From positions 1 to 43,161 of the forward strand of contig JAAURS010000001.1 of the NCBI GenBank assembly GCA_012032135.1: 43,161 nucleotides of DNA. The letters are read 5' to 3'. Positions 19,345-29,242 of the stretch are shown here, in pieces (within the stretch, counting starts at the first letter, position 1; each line of letters starts with the position of its first letter). The stretch comes from Acaryochloridaceae cyanobacterium RU_4_10. GTDB lineage: Bacteria; Cyanobacteriota; Cyanobacteriia; Thermosynechococcales; Thermosynechococcaceae. The translations under genes and the position numbers were made by a program. The notes beneath the pieces are model-generated. The model made no database searches and was not told where the DNA came from. It saw nothing but the letters and a program-made list of their open reading frames with translations.

Positions 19345-19605
19345 TTACTCGTAATGGAATTTGCAACTCAGCACAACGATCGAATCATCAGTCACTTTGT
19401 AGACCAATCGGTGCTCATCTGTAATCCGTCTCGACCAACAACCTTTGAGATCGTGTTTTAAGGGTTCGGGTTTACCAATACCTGAAAAAGGGTTGCGAAG
19501 CGTGTCATCAATCAGGTTCACAATTTTGGCATAAATTTTGCGATCTTTTGCAGCCCATTCGGTGAACTGCTCAAATGCCTGTTTCTCAAACGCGATATTT
19601 CTCAT
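19345..19605 (-). CDS. yoeB: Txe/YoeB family toxin
   Basis: NPFSGIGKPEPLKHDLKGCWSRRITDEHRLVY...SCKFHY. Confidence 0.92.
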   Translation of the reverse strand: MRNIAFEKQAFEQFTEWAAKDRKIYAKIVNLIDDTLRNPFSGIGKPEPLKHDLKGCWSRRITDEHRLVYKVTDDSIVVLSCKFHYE

Positions 19606-19840
19606 TCCACTCATCTGGCGCAATCACGATGAGATTTTTAGGCTCCTTTACACGCTCAATCGCTTGTAAAAGATTATCCCGGTTAGCTGGTGTTGAGAGA
19701 AGATAGTCTGTTTCGTCTGTCGTTTGCGACTCAACCAAGACAATAACTTCTACCAAAGTTCCTTCAGGCAAATCTGGCGCTTGAATTTCAATTTTGCCGT
19801 TTTTGCCAACAACGCTCTGTTTCTTAATTTCGCTAACCAT
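19586..19840 (-). CDS. Antitoxin of YoeB (non-Phd N-terminus, YefM-like C-terminus)
   Basis: VGKNGKIEI..PDLPEGTLVEVIVLV followed by ETDYLLSTPANRDNLLQAI. Overlaps yoeB. Confidence 0.75.
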   Translation of the reverse strand: MVSEIKKQSVVGKNGKIEIQAPDLPEGTLVEVIVLVESQTTDETDYLLSTPANRDNLLQAIERVKEPKNLIVIAPDEWNEKYRV

Positions 19841-20054
19841 TGACTTTACCAAATAGGTTGGGAATGACAGGGCTTAATTTATTCTCAGTATACGTGATAC
19901 CTTGAGCGGCTTTACGAGTACGAGCAAGCCTTACGATGGATGCGATCGCTCCCTTTAATCCAGGACACCCAGAAAATGAGACCAAAAACTTTGTTAGAAG
20001 CCGCAGCCCAATTCTAGGAACCATCGCAGAGCTTCAACAGGCTATGATTCTCCA

Positions 20055-21203
20055 TCAAGATGAGATTTTGGATAACGTCTCTATATCCTGAGAACTGGGC
20101 ACAATCTCAATCATTGTTTCAGAATCTGGACGGCTCATCTGCGATCGCAAATTCATGAGACTGGTTTTGACCACCACCGCCGTCGGCACCGCCACCACCA
20201 CCCCAATCAATCCCGCCGTCTTCGCCCCAATCAACACCGAAATAAACACCCAAACCGGATTGAGTCCCGTCACACTGCCCAAAACACGAGGAGCCACTAA
20301 ATTTTCTAGAATTTGTTGCACGATGAACGCTGCAATGAGCACCTTTAAGCCCAGCCAAATATTTTGCAACGCCACCAGCAAAGACACCGAGATAATACCC
20401 ACCGTCCCACCAAAAGGGATGAGCGCCATTGTCCCGATCGTTAAGCCAAACAACAGCCCAAACGGAACCTTTAAAAACAAAAACGTGGGAATCAGTGCCG
20501 AAGCCATACAGATGCCTAAAATGAGCTGGCCGATGAAGTAATTTTGGAAACTCAGTCTCAAGATTTTGGAAACAGGCTCCCGCTTCGGTTCTGGCAACCA
20601 CTCAATCAGACTTTGCCAGACTTCATCCCCATGCTGTAACAAATAAAACGTCAAGATCACTGTAATTAACACAGCAATTAAAGAATCCAATACGCTCGTC
20701 ACCGTGCCCAACGTCAGATTCACCAAACTCTTGGTCAAGGACTGAAGTTGACCTTGGAGGCGATCGACCACCTGAGCCGTCATCACATCCAGATTCAGAT
20801 GCAGACCGCGCTCCTCTGCCTCTTGGCCCAACACCATCAGTTGTTGGCGACCAGACTCAAACCACTCCGGCAATCGCATCGCCAGTTGCTGGACCTGAGC
20901 ATAAGCCAACGGAAACAGCGTAATTCCCAACCCTGTTAATACAGAGAGGGCCAATAAAAAGACAACAATAGACACCGGGTCGCGCTTCAGACCCCGTTCT
21001 ACACACCAGCTCACTGGATAATTCAGCAAAAACGCCAGCAAAGAGGCAATCACCACCACCCCAATCAACGCCCCAAAAAACTTGGCGATCGAGCCCATTG
21101 CCCAAAAATTCAAGACCAAAATGGGCGCAGCCAAACCTATCATCAGTAACCGCGAAGGCACTGAGAGCTGTCTCCACCATTGAAAATAACTGGTTCGATC
21201 CAT
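20055..21203 (-). CDS. AI-2E family transporter
   Basis: LLAFLLNYPV, ALIPFGG, QQILENLVAPRVLG..TGLNPVWV, GLIGVVVAVP. Confidence 0.9.
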   Translation of the reverse strand: MDRTSYFQWWRQLSVPSRLLMIGLAAPILVLNFWAMGSIAKFFGALIGVVVIASLLAFLLNYPVSWCVERGLKRDPVSIVVFLLALSVLTGLGITLFPLAYAQVQQLAMRLPEWFESGRQQLMVLGQEAEERGLHLNLDVMTAQVVDRLQGQLQSLTKSLVNLTLGTVTSVLDSLIAVLITVILTFYLLQHGDEVWQSLIEWLPEPKREPVSKILRLSFQNYFIGQLILGICMASALIPTFLFLKVPFGLLFGLTIGTMALIPFGGTVGIISVSLLVALQNIWLGLKVLIAAFIVQQILENLVAPRVLGSVTGLNPVWVFISVLIGAKTAGLIGVVVAVPTAVVVKTSLMNLRSQMSRPDSETMIEIVPSSQDIETLSKISS

Positions 21204-21353
21204 GCACCTAACCTTAATACAGCCGTTGGGTCAAAGGAATTAAGAGAACCGGAACGGTCTACATATAGAGTATCGAATTCTAGGCCAATGCATAAACAAA
21301 CAAACCCTTTTCCCGCAAGGAATGCAAAATTTTTATCTGAGAACTGTTCAAAT

Positions 21354-21369
21354 TCCGTAACATTACGGA
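21354..21369. promoter_or_regulatory. Perfect 7-2-7 palindrome in a divergent promoter region
   Basis: TCCGTAA-CA-TTACGGA between the AI-2E gene and the V4R cluster. Confidence 0.35.
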
Positions 21370-21617
21370 GCCGATCCATGACAGGTTAAGCCATAAAGCG
21401 GGGCATATTAAATACAGGTAGCGGCATTTATCCCGCCGCAATTCTGGGAGATCGGTATAAAAACTCAAAAATTACTAATAATCCCCACTAATGCCGACTT
21501 AAATTTTGTAGATGACATGGGTTGCTACAGGGCGATCGCGTCTGGCTTAACGCCAACCAAGCCTCTCACTTATATGAATTGGATAACAAATGACTGTTTA
21601 CTGGAGGGATACTCACT

Positions 21618-22338
21618 GTGATTTTAACGGCCTCTGAAAATTCTAATCCCCTACTTGGGTATTCCCACACCGTCGATCATCTCCTTAAGAAAAAATATCC
21701 AAAACGTCACCACCACTACCGTTTTAGCGATTTCTTCTCCTTTGATACCGCGAATGGCAGCGTCATGGATTGGAATGACTCCCGCAACATTTTTGCTGGA
21801 GAAGACTTCATTGTGGCACTCATTGAAGGTTTAGAAGAAGAGGTTGGTAGCGCCTCCTCTGTGGTCATGTATAGCATGGGTCGCCAATGGGGACAACGAG
21901 ATTCCGATCTATTTAAAATCTGGTTTGAGAAAGAATTTGGCTTTGATGTTAAAAACGCAAGCCTCGCCTTTATTTTAGAAACTTGGTGGTGGCCGTTTAC
22001 CAGTCAAGGCTGGGGCAACTGGGAAGTAGACCTCAACGACCAGAAAAACGGCTTTATGTTCATCAATGTGTTTGACTCAGCCGTGGCCCGTACCCTGGGT
22101 GATGTCGGTAAACCCGTCTGCCATATTTATGCAGGACTGTTTGCTGGCTTTTTTAGCGGATTAATCCAAAAGCTAGTTGAATTGTATTGAAATTCAATGC
22201 TACGCAATGGGCGAAACCTACTGCAAATTCTTGTTAGGTAAACAGGATAAAATCGACGCTGCAACCTTCTGGCAAACAGAGGGAGGAACCGCTAGAGATA
22301 TTGAGAAGAAATTGTTGAATGGGGAATATTTAGGATGA
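21618..22338 (+). CDS. V4R domain protein (Slr0144-like), frameshift at ~22173
   Basis: LETWWWP...QGWG, DSAVARTLGDVGKPVCHIYAGLFAG. Continues out of frame as LNCIEIQCYAMGETYCKF to TGA 22338. Confidence 0.85.
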
Positions 22339-22691
22339 CCCATATTTCTTATTGGCCAACCACATCCGTCAGCACATTTTTCAGTGACTTGCCCTGGTAT
22401 GGTCGTGTGGCTCAAGCCGTTCTTGCAGAAGAACCGCTTCAATCTCAAAAAGACTTCCGACTGCTCAGCGTTGAAGAGTTTTTTGTCAACATTTCTTGGA
22501 ATGGCAGAGTTTCCCATTCTGAAACTGGGTTGGAGCAGAACCAAGAACTGTCTTACTTACTCTCTGTGCGTGATTTTTGGAGTCGCGTTACATGGCAAGG
22601 TCGCCCTCAAATTGCAGCGGTACAAACACTGAACGTAAGTCAGTCTAATACTCAAGAGATTGACCTCAATGACTTGGCAAATTTATTCTAG
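22335..22691 (+). CDS. Conserved hypothetical protein (Slr0145-like by position)
   Basis: Three internal repeats of type SV..FF..(V/I/L).W.G, C-terminal LNDLANLF, and position in the cluster. Confidence 0.65.
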   Translation: MTHISYWPTTSVSTFFSDLPWYGRVAQAVLAEEPLQSQKDFRLLSVEEFFVNISWNGRVSHSETGLEQNQELSYLLSVRDFWSRVTWQGRPQIAAVQTLNVSQSNTQEIDLNDLANLF

Positions 22692-22706
22692 GGGGACAGA
22701 ACATTC

Positions 22707-23191
22707 ATGCATACTGAACTACAGAACTTACTTTACGCCGCAGACGATCACTATCTCAGCGATGCAGACTTAGAACAGTTTCAAAAACAGCTCACTCTCT
22801 TGAAGAACGCATTGAGACCTATGAGTATATCCGCGATCGCGAGATATCCATTCTCCAACCCGCAGCAGACTACCTATCTGAGGAATTCCCCAACACCGAC
22901 TCAAAAATCCTAGAGCGTGCCGTAGTGCATTGGCTGTCAATTTTACGGTATGGGTCTATGGCAATGTTGCTGAACAACATGGAGTTTCTGAACCACCGAC
23001 TTTTAGAGTGGATGCCAGACCTGCTTGAAGTTTACCAATTGCGTGATATTGAAATTGCCTTTTATCGACTTCTCCAAGTACAGCTCAAAAGTAGCTTATC
23101 CTCTACGCAGATAGATCTTATAAAGCCCTATTTGGAAGAAGCTTACGGCGTTCTATTGCGCTCAAAGTCAACTCTTCAGCCATCTGTTTAG
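22707..23191 (+). CDS. Allophycocyanin-like/globin-fold protein (Slr0146-like), frameshift at ~22790
   Basis: LLYAADDHYL... rejoined in frame with ERIETYEYIRDRE...HWLSILRYGSMAMLLN. Confidence 0.75.
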
Positions 23192-23224
23192 TGCGTCTAG
23201 GCAACCATTCAAAGGAACTACGCC

Positions 23225-23911
23225 ATGATTTCTGTCAAAGAATTAGTTAAAGAATCTCGCCTGACGGGAAACTATTTTGCACCCGATGCTTATCTTCAAG
23301 GAGACCTAGAGTCTGGGCTCATTGAAAATCGAGGGGGAGGACGTCTCCTAGCACTACCAGAATCTTTTCTGCGTGCCATTTACGAAGGACTAGAAGAAGA
23401 AGTTGGCGCTGCTGCTGAGCCTGTGTTGTATAAATGCGGAGCTTGGTGGGGCAAAACCTTCTACCGTCGCTTTGCTGAAGAAGTCAGCAAGTCTCTAGGC
23501 CGCCCTATGGCTGACATTGACATGATTGAGTTTTTGCAAAGCTTCAAACAATGTTGGAAAACCCACGGTTGGGGCAACATAGAACTGGATTTTGACTTCT
23601 ATCAACACGGATTTATTGTTGCTCAAATTAGTAACTCAGCTTTTGCTAAATCCAGTCCAACCCTAGACAAACCCAAATGTTTTGTTGAAGCAGGGTTACT
23701 CAGTTCCTTTTTTACAGGGCTGACCGGACAAAAGCTGCATTGCATCCAAACAACTTGCGAGTCCATGGGAGCTGACTGTAACTACTTTGTCCTGGGTTTA
23801 CCCGAACGGGTAAAACGAGCCGAAGCATGGCTGCAAGAAAAACACGATCACGCAACCATAATGGAGCGCTTATGCCAAAGCCAAATGGATCGCTACTTAA
23901 ACCTTGAGTAG
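23225..23911 (+). CDS. V4R domain protein (Slr0147-like)
   Basis: GDLESGLIENRGGGRLLALP, CWKTHGWG, CIQTTCESMGADCN.F. Confidence 0.85.
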   Translation: MISVKELVKESRLTGNYFAPDAYLQGDLESGLIENRGGGRLLALPESFLRAIYEGLEEEVGAAAEPVLYKCGAWWGKTFYRRFAEEVSKSLGRPMADIDMIEFLQSFKQCWKTHGWGNIELDFDFYQHGFIVAQISNSAFAKSSPTLDKPKCFVEAGLLSSFFTGLTGQKLHCIQTTCESMGADCNYFVLGLPERVKRAEAWLQEKHDHATIMERLCQSQMDRYLNLE

Positions 23912-23961
23912 ATTAGAATAACCTTTTTGACCCGTTGAGATGAGTTCAAGGAATTTAAGCA

Positions 23962-24444
23962 GTGGCTAAAACCGTCAGAATTGACTCCATTAATGAAGAA
24001 ACTTCTGTTCAAACCAATGACAATCTGCTTTCCTTGCTTCTAACCAAGGAGCTAAAGGTTTTGCAAGAGTGTGGGGGGCGTGGAATTTGTGCAACCTGCC
24101 ACATTTACATCAAAGATGGGATGGAGCAGCTATCCCCTATGAGTCGCCGGGAACAACGGACCCTTGAGGTCATTACGACCTGTAAAATGAACTCCCGATT
24201 GGCTTGCCAAGCTCGAGTGATTGGGGACGGCGTTGTGGTAGATCTCCCTGGGGGGATGTACATCAGTGAAGTAGAAGATATTGAATCTCTCATTGGCCAA
24301 CGAGCCACTCAAGATATTCTGCATCCGCTCTATGGAACGGTATTAGTAGAGACAGGCAAACTGATCACGCGTTCTATGATTAGCCAACTTCAACAGACCC
24401 GTGGCGAAGTTTCAGAAGTCCTCTCCAGGGCTGGCAACACCTAG
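23962..24444 (+). CDS. 2Fe-2S ferredoxin with C-terminal extension (Slr0148/Fd5-like)
   Basis: CGGRGICATCH...SRLACQ cluster ligands and a GKLITRS tail. Confidence 0.88.
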   Translation: MAKTVRIDSINEETSVQTNDNLLSLLLTKELKVLQECGGRGICATCHIYIKDGMEQLSPMSRREQRTLEVITTCKMNSRLACQARVIGDGVVVDLPGGMYISEVEDIESLIGQRATQDILHPLYGTVLVETGKLITRSMISQLQQTRGEVSEVLSRAGNT

Positions 24445-24486
24445 ATTTTCAAGCTTTATTAACGTCGTTGTTTTCATACCACCATT

Positions 24487-24954
24487 ATGCTGACTCAACT
24501 TTCTCACCTTAGTACTGCCGCAGACGGACGATATGCGACTGCGGAAGAATTACAATTTTTGAAAGATTATTTACACACCACCGAACAACGCATTCAAGCT
24601 TACAAAACTGTGAGAGATAACGAAGCTTTTTTACTAGAAGAGCTTCAAACTCAGGTTAAGGCAGTCAGTGGGGGCTTATTGCTCAAAGGATCGAAAGATG
24701 TATCTAGCTTCTTTAAGCGAGATCAAAAGAACGTCTTAAGAGTTGGAACGGCTGCAATGCTGTTTAACGATCTTGATTTTCTGCGTGAAGGTCTACTGTT
24801 GTGGCACCGAACCATTTTGAAGGCATTTAGCGTAGAACAACCCTCCGCAGTAGCTTGTCAGGTTTGGCCAACTGTTTTTGGTAAGTATTTATCTACGGAT
24901 GAGTACAAATTAATGGCTCCGGCAGTCGGGTTAATCCGCGCCATTCTTGGCTAG
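24487..24954 (+). CDS. Allophycocyanin-like protein (Slr0149-like)
   Basis: ADGRYAT.EEL, KRD...VLR....AMLFND phycobiliprotein-like pattern. The ORF translation shows FFKRD where the bilin-binding C.RD is expected. Confidence 0.78.
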   Translation: MLTQLSHLSTAADGRYATAEELQFLKDYLHTTEQRIQAYKTVRDNEAFLLEELQTQVKAVSGGLLLKGSKDVSSFFKRDQKNVLRVGTAAMLFNDLDFLREGLLLWHRTILKAFSVEQPSAVACQVWPTVFGKYLSTDEYKLMAPAVGLIRAILG

Positions 24955-25038
24955 GGTTGTTTCAAGCCGCAAAGCTTTGCCGAAGACAAATTTTACACTT
25001 TAGATTTTAGCGACAGAATTTACTCAGAGGTTGGATAA

Positions 25039-25842
25039 ATGGTTATGTCTTACGATACAGAAAATGGGAGTCAAACCCATTGGTTAAATTGGCTTGAAGG
25101 CGCTACGGTTGCAGGTGCAGTGGGTGGTACAGTTGTCTCTGCTGTGATGAATCAAGCCCTTTTTGCTGCAATCCCGCTCTCCTTAGCTGCGGCCCTGAAC
25201 TTTACAAATCGCCAGCGGATGCAGTCGGTCATGCAGCATCAAGTCATGCCCACGATCGAAATGCAAGCTGCCCAGATCGAACGACAACAGAGCGAACATC
25301 AAACTTTGTCGGCATCAACGGAGTCGCTGGCTTCAACGTCTGCGGCAACAGATCAGCTCCTGATGATTCAATTCAATAAGTTCCACAATGAAGTGACGGA
25401 AACGGTGAATGGTCTTAAGGAAACGGTCAATGCTCTACAGACGCAATCTGAGGAAATTGCAAGCAAACAAACTGAGTTGTTAGAGAGCACAGCCGAGGAA
25501 AATTGCTGCCGTCGCGGACTAGAACACATGAATCGTGGGGAGTTCAAAGAGGCAGTGGCGGCATTCTCAGAAGCGATTCGTTTGAATCCAAACTACGCCC
25601 AAGCTTATATCCATCGCGGTGCTGCTTATGGGGAAACGAGCATGAAGCAACAGGCGATCGCAGATTTGCGGGTTGCTACCAAAATGTGCTTTGAAAGTGG
25701 CGATTTAGACAACTACAACAAAGCTCGCGCGCTGAGCGAACAAATTCATAATGGAAAAAACCGTGAAGTTGTGCGTGAAGTAGTCCGTGAAATTCCTGAG
25801 AGTGCGGCGGATAAAATTGTGGTGGATGAATTATTTGTTTAG
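25039..25842 (+). CDS. Membrane-anchored coiled-coil TPR protein (Slr0151-like)
   Basis: N-terminal hydrophobic hairpin (AAIPLSLAAALN..NR), a coiled coil, and TPR EAIRLNPNYAQAYIHRG. Confidence 0.75.
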   Translation: MVMSYDTENGSQTHWLNWLEGATVAGAVGGTVVSAVMNQALFAAIPLSLAAALNFTNRQRMQSVMQHQVMPTIEMQAAQIERQQSEHQTLSASTESLASTSAATDQLLMIQFNKFHNEVTETVNGLKETVNALQTQSEEIASKQTELLESTAEENCCRRGLEHMNRGEFKEAVAAFSEAIRLNPNYAQAYIHRGAAYGETSMKQQAIADLRVATKMCFESGDLDNYNKARALSEQIHNGKNREVVREVVREIPESAADKIVVDELFV

Positions 25843-25975
25843 AGTGCAATAACAGATCTCCTTCTGTATAAGGTAAGATCTTCAAACCATTGTTTCAAAC
25901 CTTTTTCCATCCCTAAGGTCTTTTATCACTAAGCCTTAGGGATTTTTGCAAACGTACTGTGTTAAAGCACTTCAA

Positions 25976-27757
25976 ATGACCAATTCGCGCTATCACATCC
26001 TGGGGGAGGTGGGGCAGGGACAGTTTGGCCAAGTCTTCTGCGGGAGCGATCGCACCACGGGAGAGTTAGTAGCGCTGAAAAACCTAGACCACCGCAGGTT
26101 CAAGACCCGCAATTTTCTGCGGGAATTAGCGGTTTTAGTGCGCTTAGATCATCCCAATATCGTGAGGTTTCATGCCCTAGAATACAATTCCAAGGGGCGT
26201 TATATTGTGATGGATTACTGCCAAGGGGGTACTCTGAGGCATTTAATGGAGTCCAAGCTCGAACTTTCCTTAGCGCAAAAACTTCAGATTATTCAAGATA
26301 TTTTGTGTGGCCTCGAGCACGTTCACAATCAAAATGTCATTCATTGCGATTTGAAGCCTGAGAATATTTTATTAAACGTGACTGCCCAAGGTTGGACGGC
26401 CCAAATTGCAGATTTTGGCATCGCCCATTTCAACGAAAAAAAAGAAGAATCTGAGAGTACGGGCAACACCGGGTCCCCTGCCTATATGGCACCAGAGCGA
26501 TTCTACGGTAAATTCTCTCCTGCCTCTGACCTCTATGCCGTTGGGGTTATTTTATACGAGCTAATTTCAGGAAAACGGCCCTTTTCTGGAATGCCCGTTG
26601 AAGTGATGAACGCCCACTTCAACCATCCTTTACGCATTCCAAAATCTGTGCCAATGATGTTGAAGGCCGTCATTCGCAAAGCACTCCAAAAACTACCGCA
26701 AAATCGCTATACCTCAGCGGCCCAAATGCAACTTGCCCTTGAAACTGCGATCGCAACCCTTGAGCACGCTATGCCCGCCCCAGAAATAGACGAGGAAGAA
26801 CCCGACGACCCACAAGACGACACCAAAAAAGAATTGGTATCTCAGAACGCGTTGCAAACCCCACCCCGATTGATGGGCTTGCAGTCAGACCATCTTCGAC
26901 ACTGCTTTGAAACTCCAGATTCAATCCTTCACCTTTGGGTTCGCCCGCAGGGGTGCTTTATCGTCACGGATGGAACAAATGGATTGACGGTGTCTTTGTT
27001 TCAGCCAGATGGAACCCTACAGCCCGTTGGTATGTTGCCACATCTAAAATCGGCCTCTGAGGCTGTTTGTATGGATCTAGATCCCCTTGGGCGATGGTTG
27101 GCGATCGCCTATCCCTCTAGCAATCCTGCTGTTGAGAATCTGGATGAGAGAATAACATCCAGCATTCTCGAAATTTTAAAACTGCCCAATTTGCAGCCCA
27201 TGTGCAAAAAATCTATTGACAGCTCAGTCAAGCACCTTTGGGTTTCAAGCTCTCGTCATCTTTTGATGGACTGTTCCTCTAGCACTCCATCATCCGAGAG
27301 AATGGGAAAGCTACAACCCTTACAACTTTGGAATCGACGGGGACAGTTTTACTGGTCCTATCATTTCCCTGCAAAAATTCAACAGGCTGTTTTGAATCCC
27401 ATGAAGCGGGATCGTTTGTTTGCGATCGCCGATTGCGACCGACCCACTGGACTTTTGATGGACCTTTGTCCCTTTAAGGTCAAACGCATTCCGATTGAAA
27501 TTCGGTCCGATTGGATCGGCGCTACTCACTGGGGTTATATTTTGGTCAATCGTGAGGGCAGAGTTGTCTGTCTCAACCGACGGGGAAAGGTGATGGCTCA
27601 AGCAGAGCTACCTTTTCAGCAGGAGTCTGAAAAGGTCAGAGCGATCGGCACGAGCCAACCTGCAACGCTATGGCTAGCGACCCAGAGAGGAGATCGCAAT
27701 ACGCTATACACCTTAGATTTAAGCCCTCATTTACCCAAGAGCCTTTTAAGACTCTAG
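25976..27757 (+). CDS. spkG: Ser/Thr protein kinase (SpkG/Slr0152-like)
   Basis: GQGQFGQV, VALK, HCDLKPEN, DFG, TGSPAYMAPE. Last gene of the V4R cluster. Confidence 0.8.
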   Translation: MTNSRYHILGEVGQGQFGQVFCGSDRTTGELVALKNLDHRRFKTRNFLRELAVLVRLDHPNIVRFHALEYNSKGRYIVMDYCQGGTLRHLMESKLELSLAQKLQIIQDILCGLEHVHNQNVIHCDLKPENILLNVTAQGWTAQIADFGIAHFNEKKEESESTGNTGSPAYMAPERFYGKFSPASDLYAVGVILYELISGKRPFSGMPVEVMNAHFNHPLRIPKSVPMMLKAVIRKALQKLPQNRYTSAAQMQLALETAIATLEHAMPAPEIDEEEPDDPQDDTKKELVSQNALQTPPRLMGLQSDHLRHCFETPDSILHLWVRPQGCFIVTDGTNGLTVSLFQPDGTLQPVGMLPHLKSASEAVCMDLDPLGRWLAIAYPSSNPAVENLDERITSSILEILKLPNLQPMCKKSIDSSVKHLWVSSSRHLLMDCSSSTPSSERMGKLQPLQLWNRRGQFYWSYHFPAKIQQAVLNPMKRDRLFAIADCDRPTGLLMDLCPFKVKRIPIEIRSDWIGATHWGYILVNREGRVVCLNRRGKVMAQAELPFQQESEKVRAIGTSQPATLWLATQRGDRNTLYTLDLSPHLPKSLLRL

Positions 27758-29112
27758 GTTGCATGCAAAAACTGGGTGGCCAGCGCGAGACTTTCCTCAA
27801 ATAAAAGGTCGCGTCCCCATCGTTGCAATTGCTGGCTCATCAAGACTTCAGGACTGTGCTCTGTCAGAGGAGACACATGCTGCACCCGACAAGATTGCGC
27901 CCCACCGCCCGCTTCCATCCTCATGCAGCCACGCGTCTCCGAACAAATTACCGTACAGCAATCCGCCTCAAGGTTAGTAGAAGCCAGCTTCAAATCGATT
28001 AAATCTCCAATGACTTGACCGATATTAGCAACTGGAATGGCCGCCAATTCCGCTTCAATACTGCGCTGCTCGTCATTGGTAAACTTGATGCGTCGGAGAT
28101 CGTAGTCGCCGCCTTCATGGGTGGAGGCAACGGGTCGCCATTTTAATCGACTCGCTATCCAGCCCAAAAACAAACAGGCTTGAGCGGGATTTCCGGCTTC
28201 ATAATCTAAAACAAAGCGATCGACATCTTGCAATGCAGCCCGTCTTGAAGGCGGATCGAAAGCTTCCGCAGTCAGTTCTTGCCAAACCGCTAACCGCCGC
28301 CAGTTGAGGTCAGAAACGTTAATGCCCTGTTGGTGCAGGCTATGAATATTGGTCAGGGCTGTAATGGCATCATCAAAGGTACTGGAATCTACAATCACTA
28401 AATTGGCAGCAGCAGCCAGTTTGCGGAAAAGTTCGTGCTGTAAGTCTGGAATGGCCTTCCACCACAAAAATTTAGGTAAATCTCCAATCAAAAGAGATTG
28501 AATAAACACACTCACCCCAGCAAGTTCTGCATCGGTTCCTTTGAGCGTGATGTACTCACAGCAAACCAAGCTACCGCTTTGCTTTTGAACGGGACAGTAC
28601 ACCGAAACCTGGGCCGTGACGCTTCCAGTGGATTCCGTCACGGGACAAAGGGCAATAATCCGACAAGGGTTTTGACGGGCAACCTCATCGGCGCTTCCAG
28701 CTCCGTCTGCATCTAGGGCATAGGGCATACCAGAAGGCGCAATAGCATTTACCTGCGATCGCCGATCTCGCAATTGTTCGCGCAGGGTAATCAACAACTC
28801 AGGGGAAGAATTGCCATTCATGGATAACCCCAAAGCATTTTGGGCAGCTTGAATAGCAGCTTTGGTGCGGGGACCATCTATTCCATCTACGGGACCCGTG
28901 TAATAGCCGAGTTCGGCCAGTAAGTACTGCGTTTCAGACGGTTCGTAGACAATCAAACTAAACGTGGACGCACGGGTTAGCCCTCCAAGGGCTGCATCGT
29001 CTCCAGTGGCTAAGTCGCCCGTCCAAATTTTATTTAATTCTGCATTCACCTCCTCCAAAGAAACATTTTGGGGAGATTTTAAGGCAATGAGTGGAGCAGA
29101 GGAAGTCACCAT
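27754..29112 (-). CDS. opcA: Glucose-6-phosphate dehydrogenase assembly protein OpcA
   Basis: RASTFSLIVYEP, QNPCRIIALCP, CCEYITL, DLNWRRL..WQELTAEAFD. Downstream of zwf. Confidence 0.95.
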   Translation of the reverse strand: MVTSSAPLIALKSPQNVSLEEVNAELNKIWTGDLATGDDAALGGLTRASTFSLIVYEPSETQYLLAELGYYTGPVDGIDGPRTKAAIQAAQNALGLSMNGNSSPELLITLREQLRDRRSQVNAIAPSGMPYALDADGAGSADEVARQNPCRIIALCPVTESTGSVTAQVSVYCPVQKQSGSLVCCEYITLKGTDAELAGVSVFIQSLLIGDLPKFLWWKAIPDLQHELFRKLAAAANLVIVDSSTFDDAITALTNIHSLHQQGINVSDLNWRRLAVWQELTAEAFDPPSRRAALQDVDRFVLDYEAGNPAQACLFLGWIASRLKWRPVASTHEGGDYDLRRIKFTNDEQRSIEAELAAIPVANIGQVIGDLIDLKLASTNLEADCCTVICSETRGCMRMEAGGGAQSCRVQHVSPLTEHSPEVLMSQQLQRWGRDLLFEESLALATQFLHAT

Positions 29113-29242
29113 AGCGCTTACGTTTTATTCCTAGGTTATAGATGACAGTCAGTTAGAGATTCACCTAAAAAGTCAAGTACCTTCTAAAGTCCCAAGTTGA
29201 GGGCTGAGCGAAGCCGAAGCCCGACAAGCTAATGCCATCGAT

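Noticed and set aside
20119-21207. Long alternative-frame and antisense ORFs over the AI-2E gene (similar ones over zwf, mscS, Hsp70)
   Set aside because: Shadow ORFs produced by codon bias of the real genes, with no recognisable motifs.
22707-24954. APC-like genes as a far-red or novel phycobilisome cluster
   Set aside because: Context matches the Pap-type cluster. There are no linker, lyase, photosystem or rfp genes, and canonical bilin-binding motifs are not evident.
25909-25943. Hairpin ATCCCTAAGG...CCTTAGGGAT before the kinase
   Set aside because: The inverted repeat is real, but a terminator or processing role cannot be distinguished from a dispersed repeat using sequence alone.
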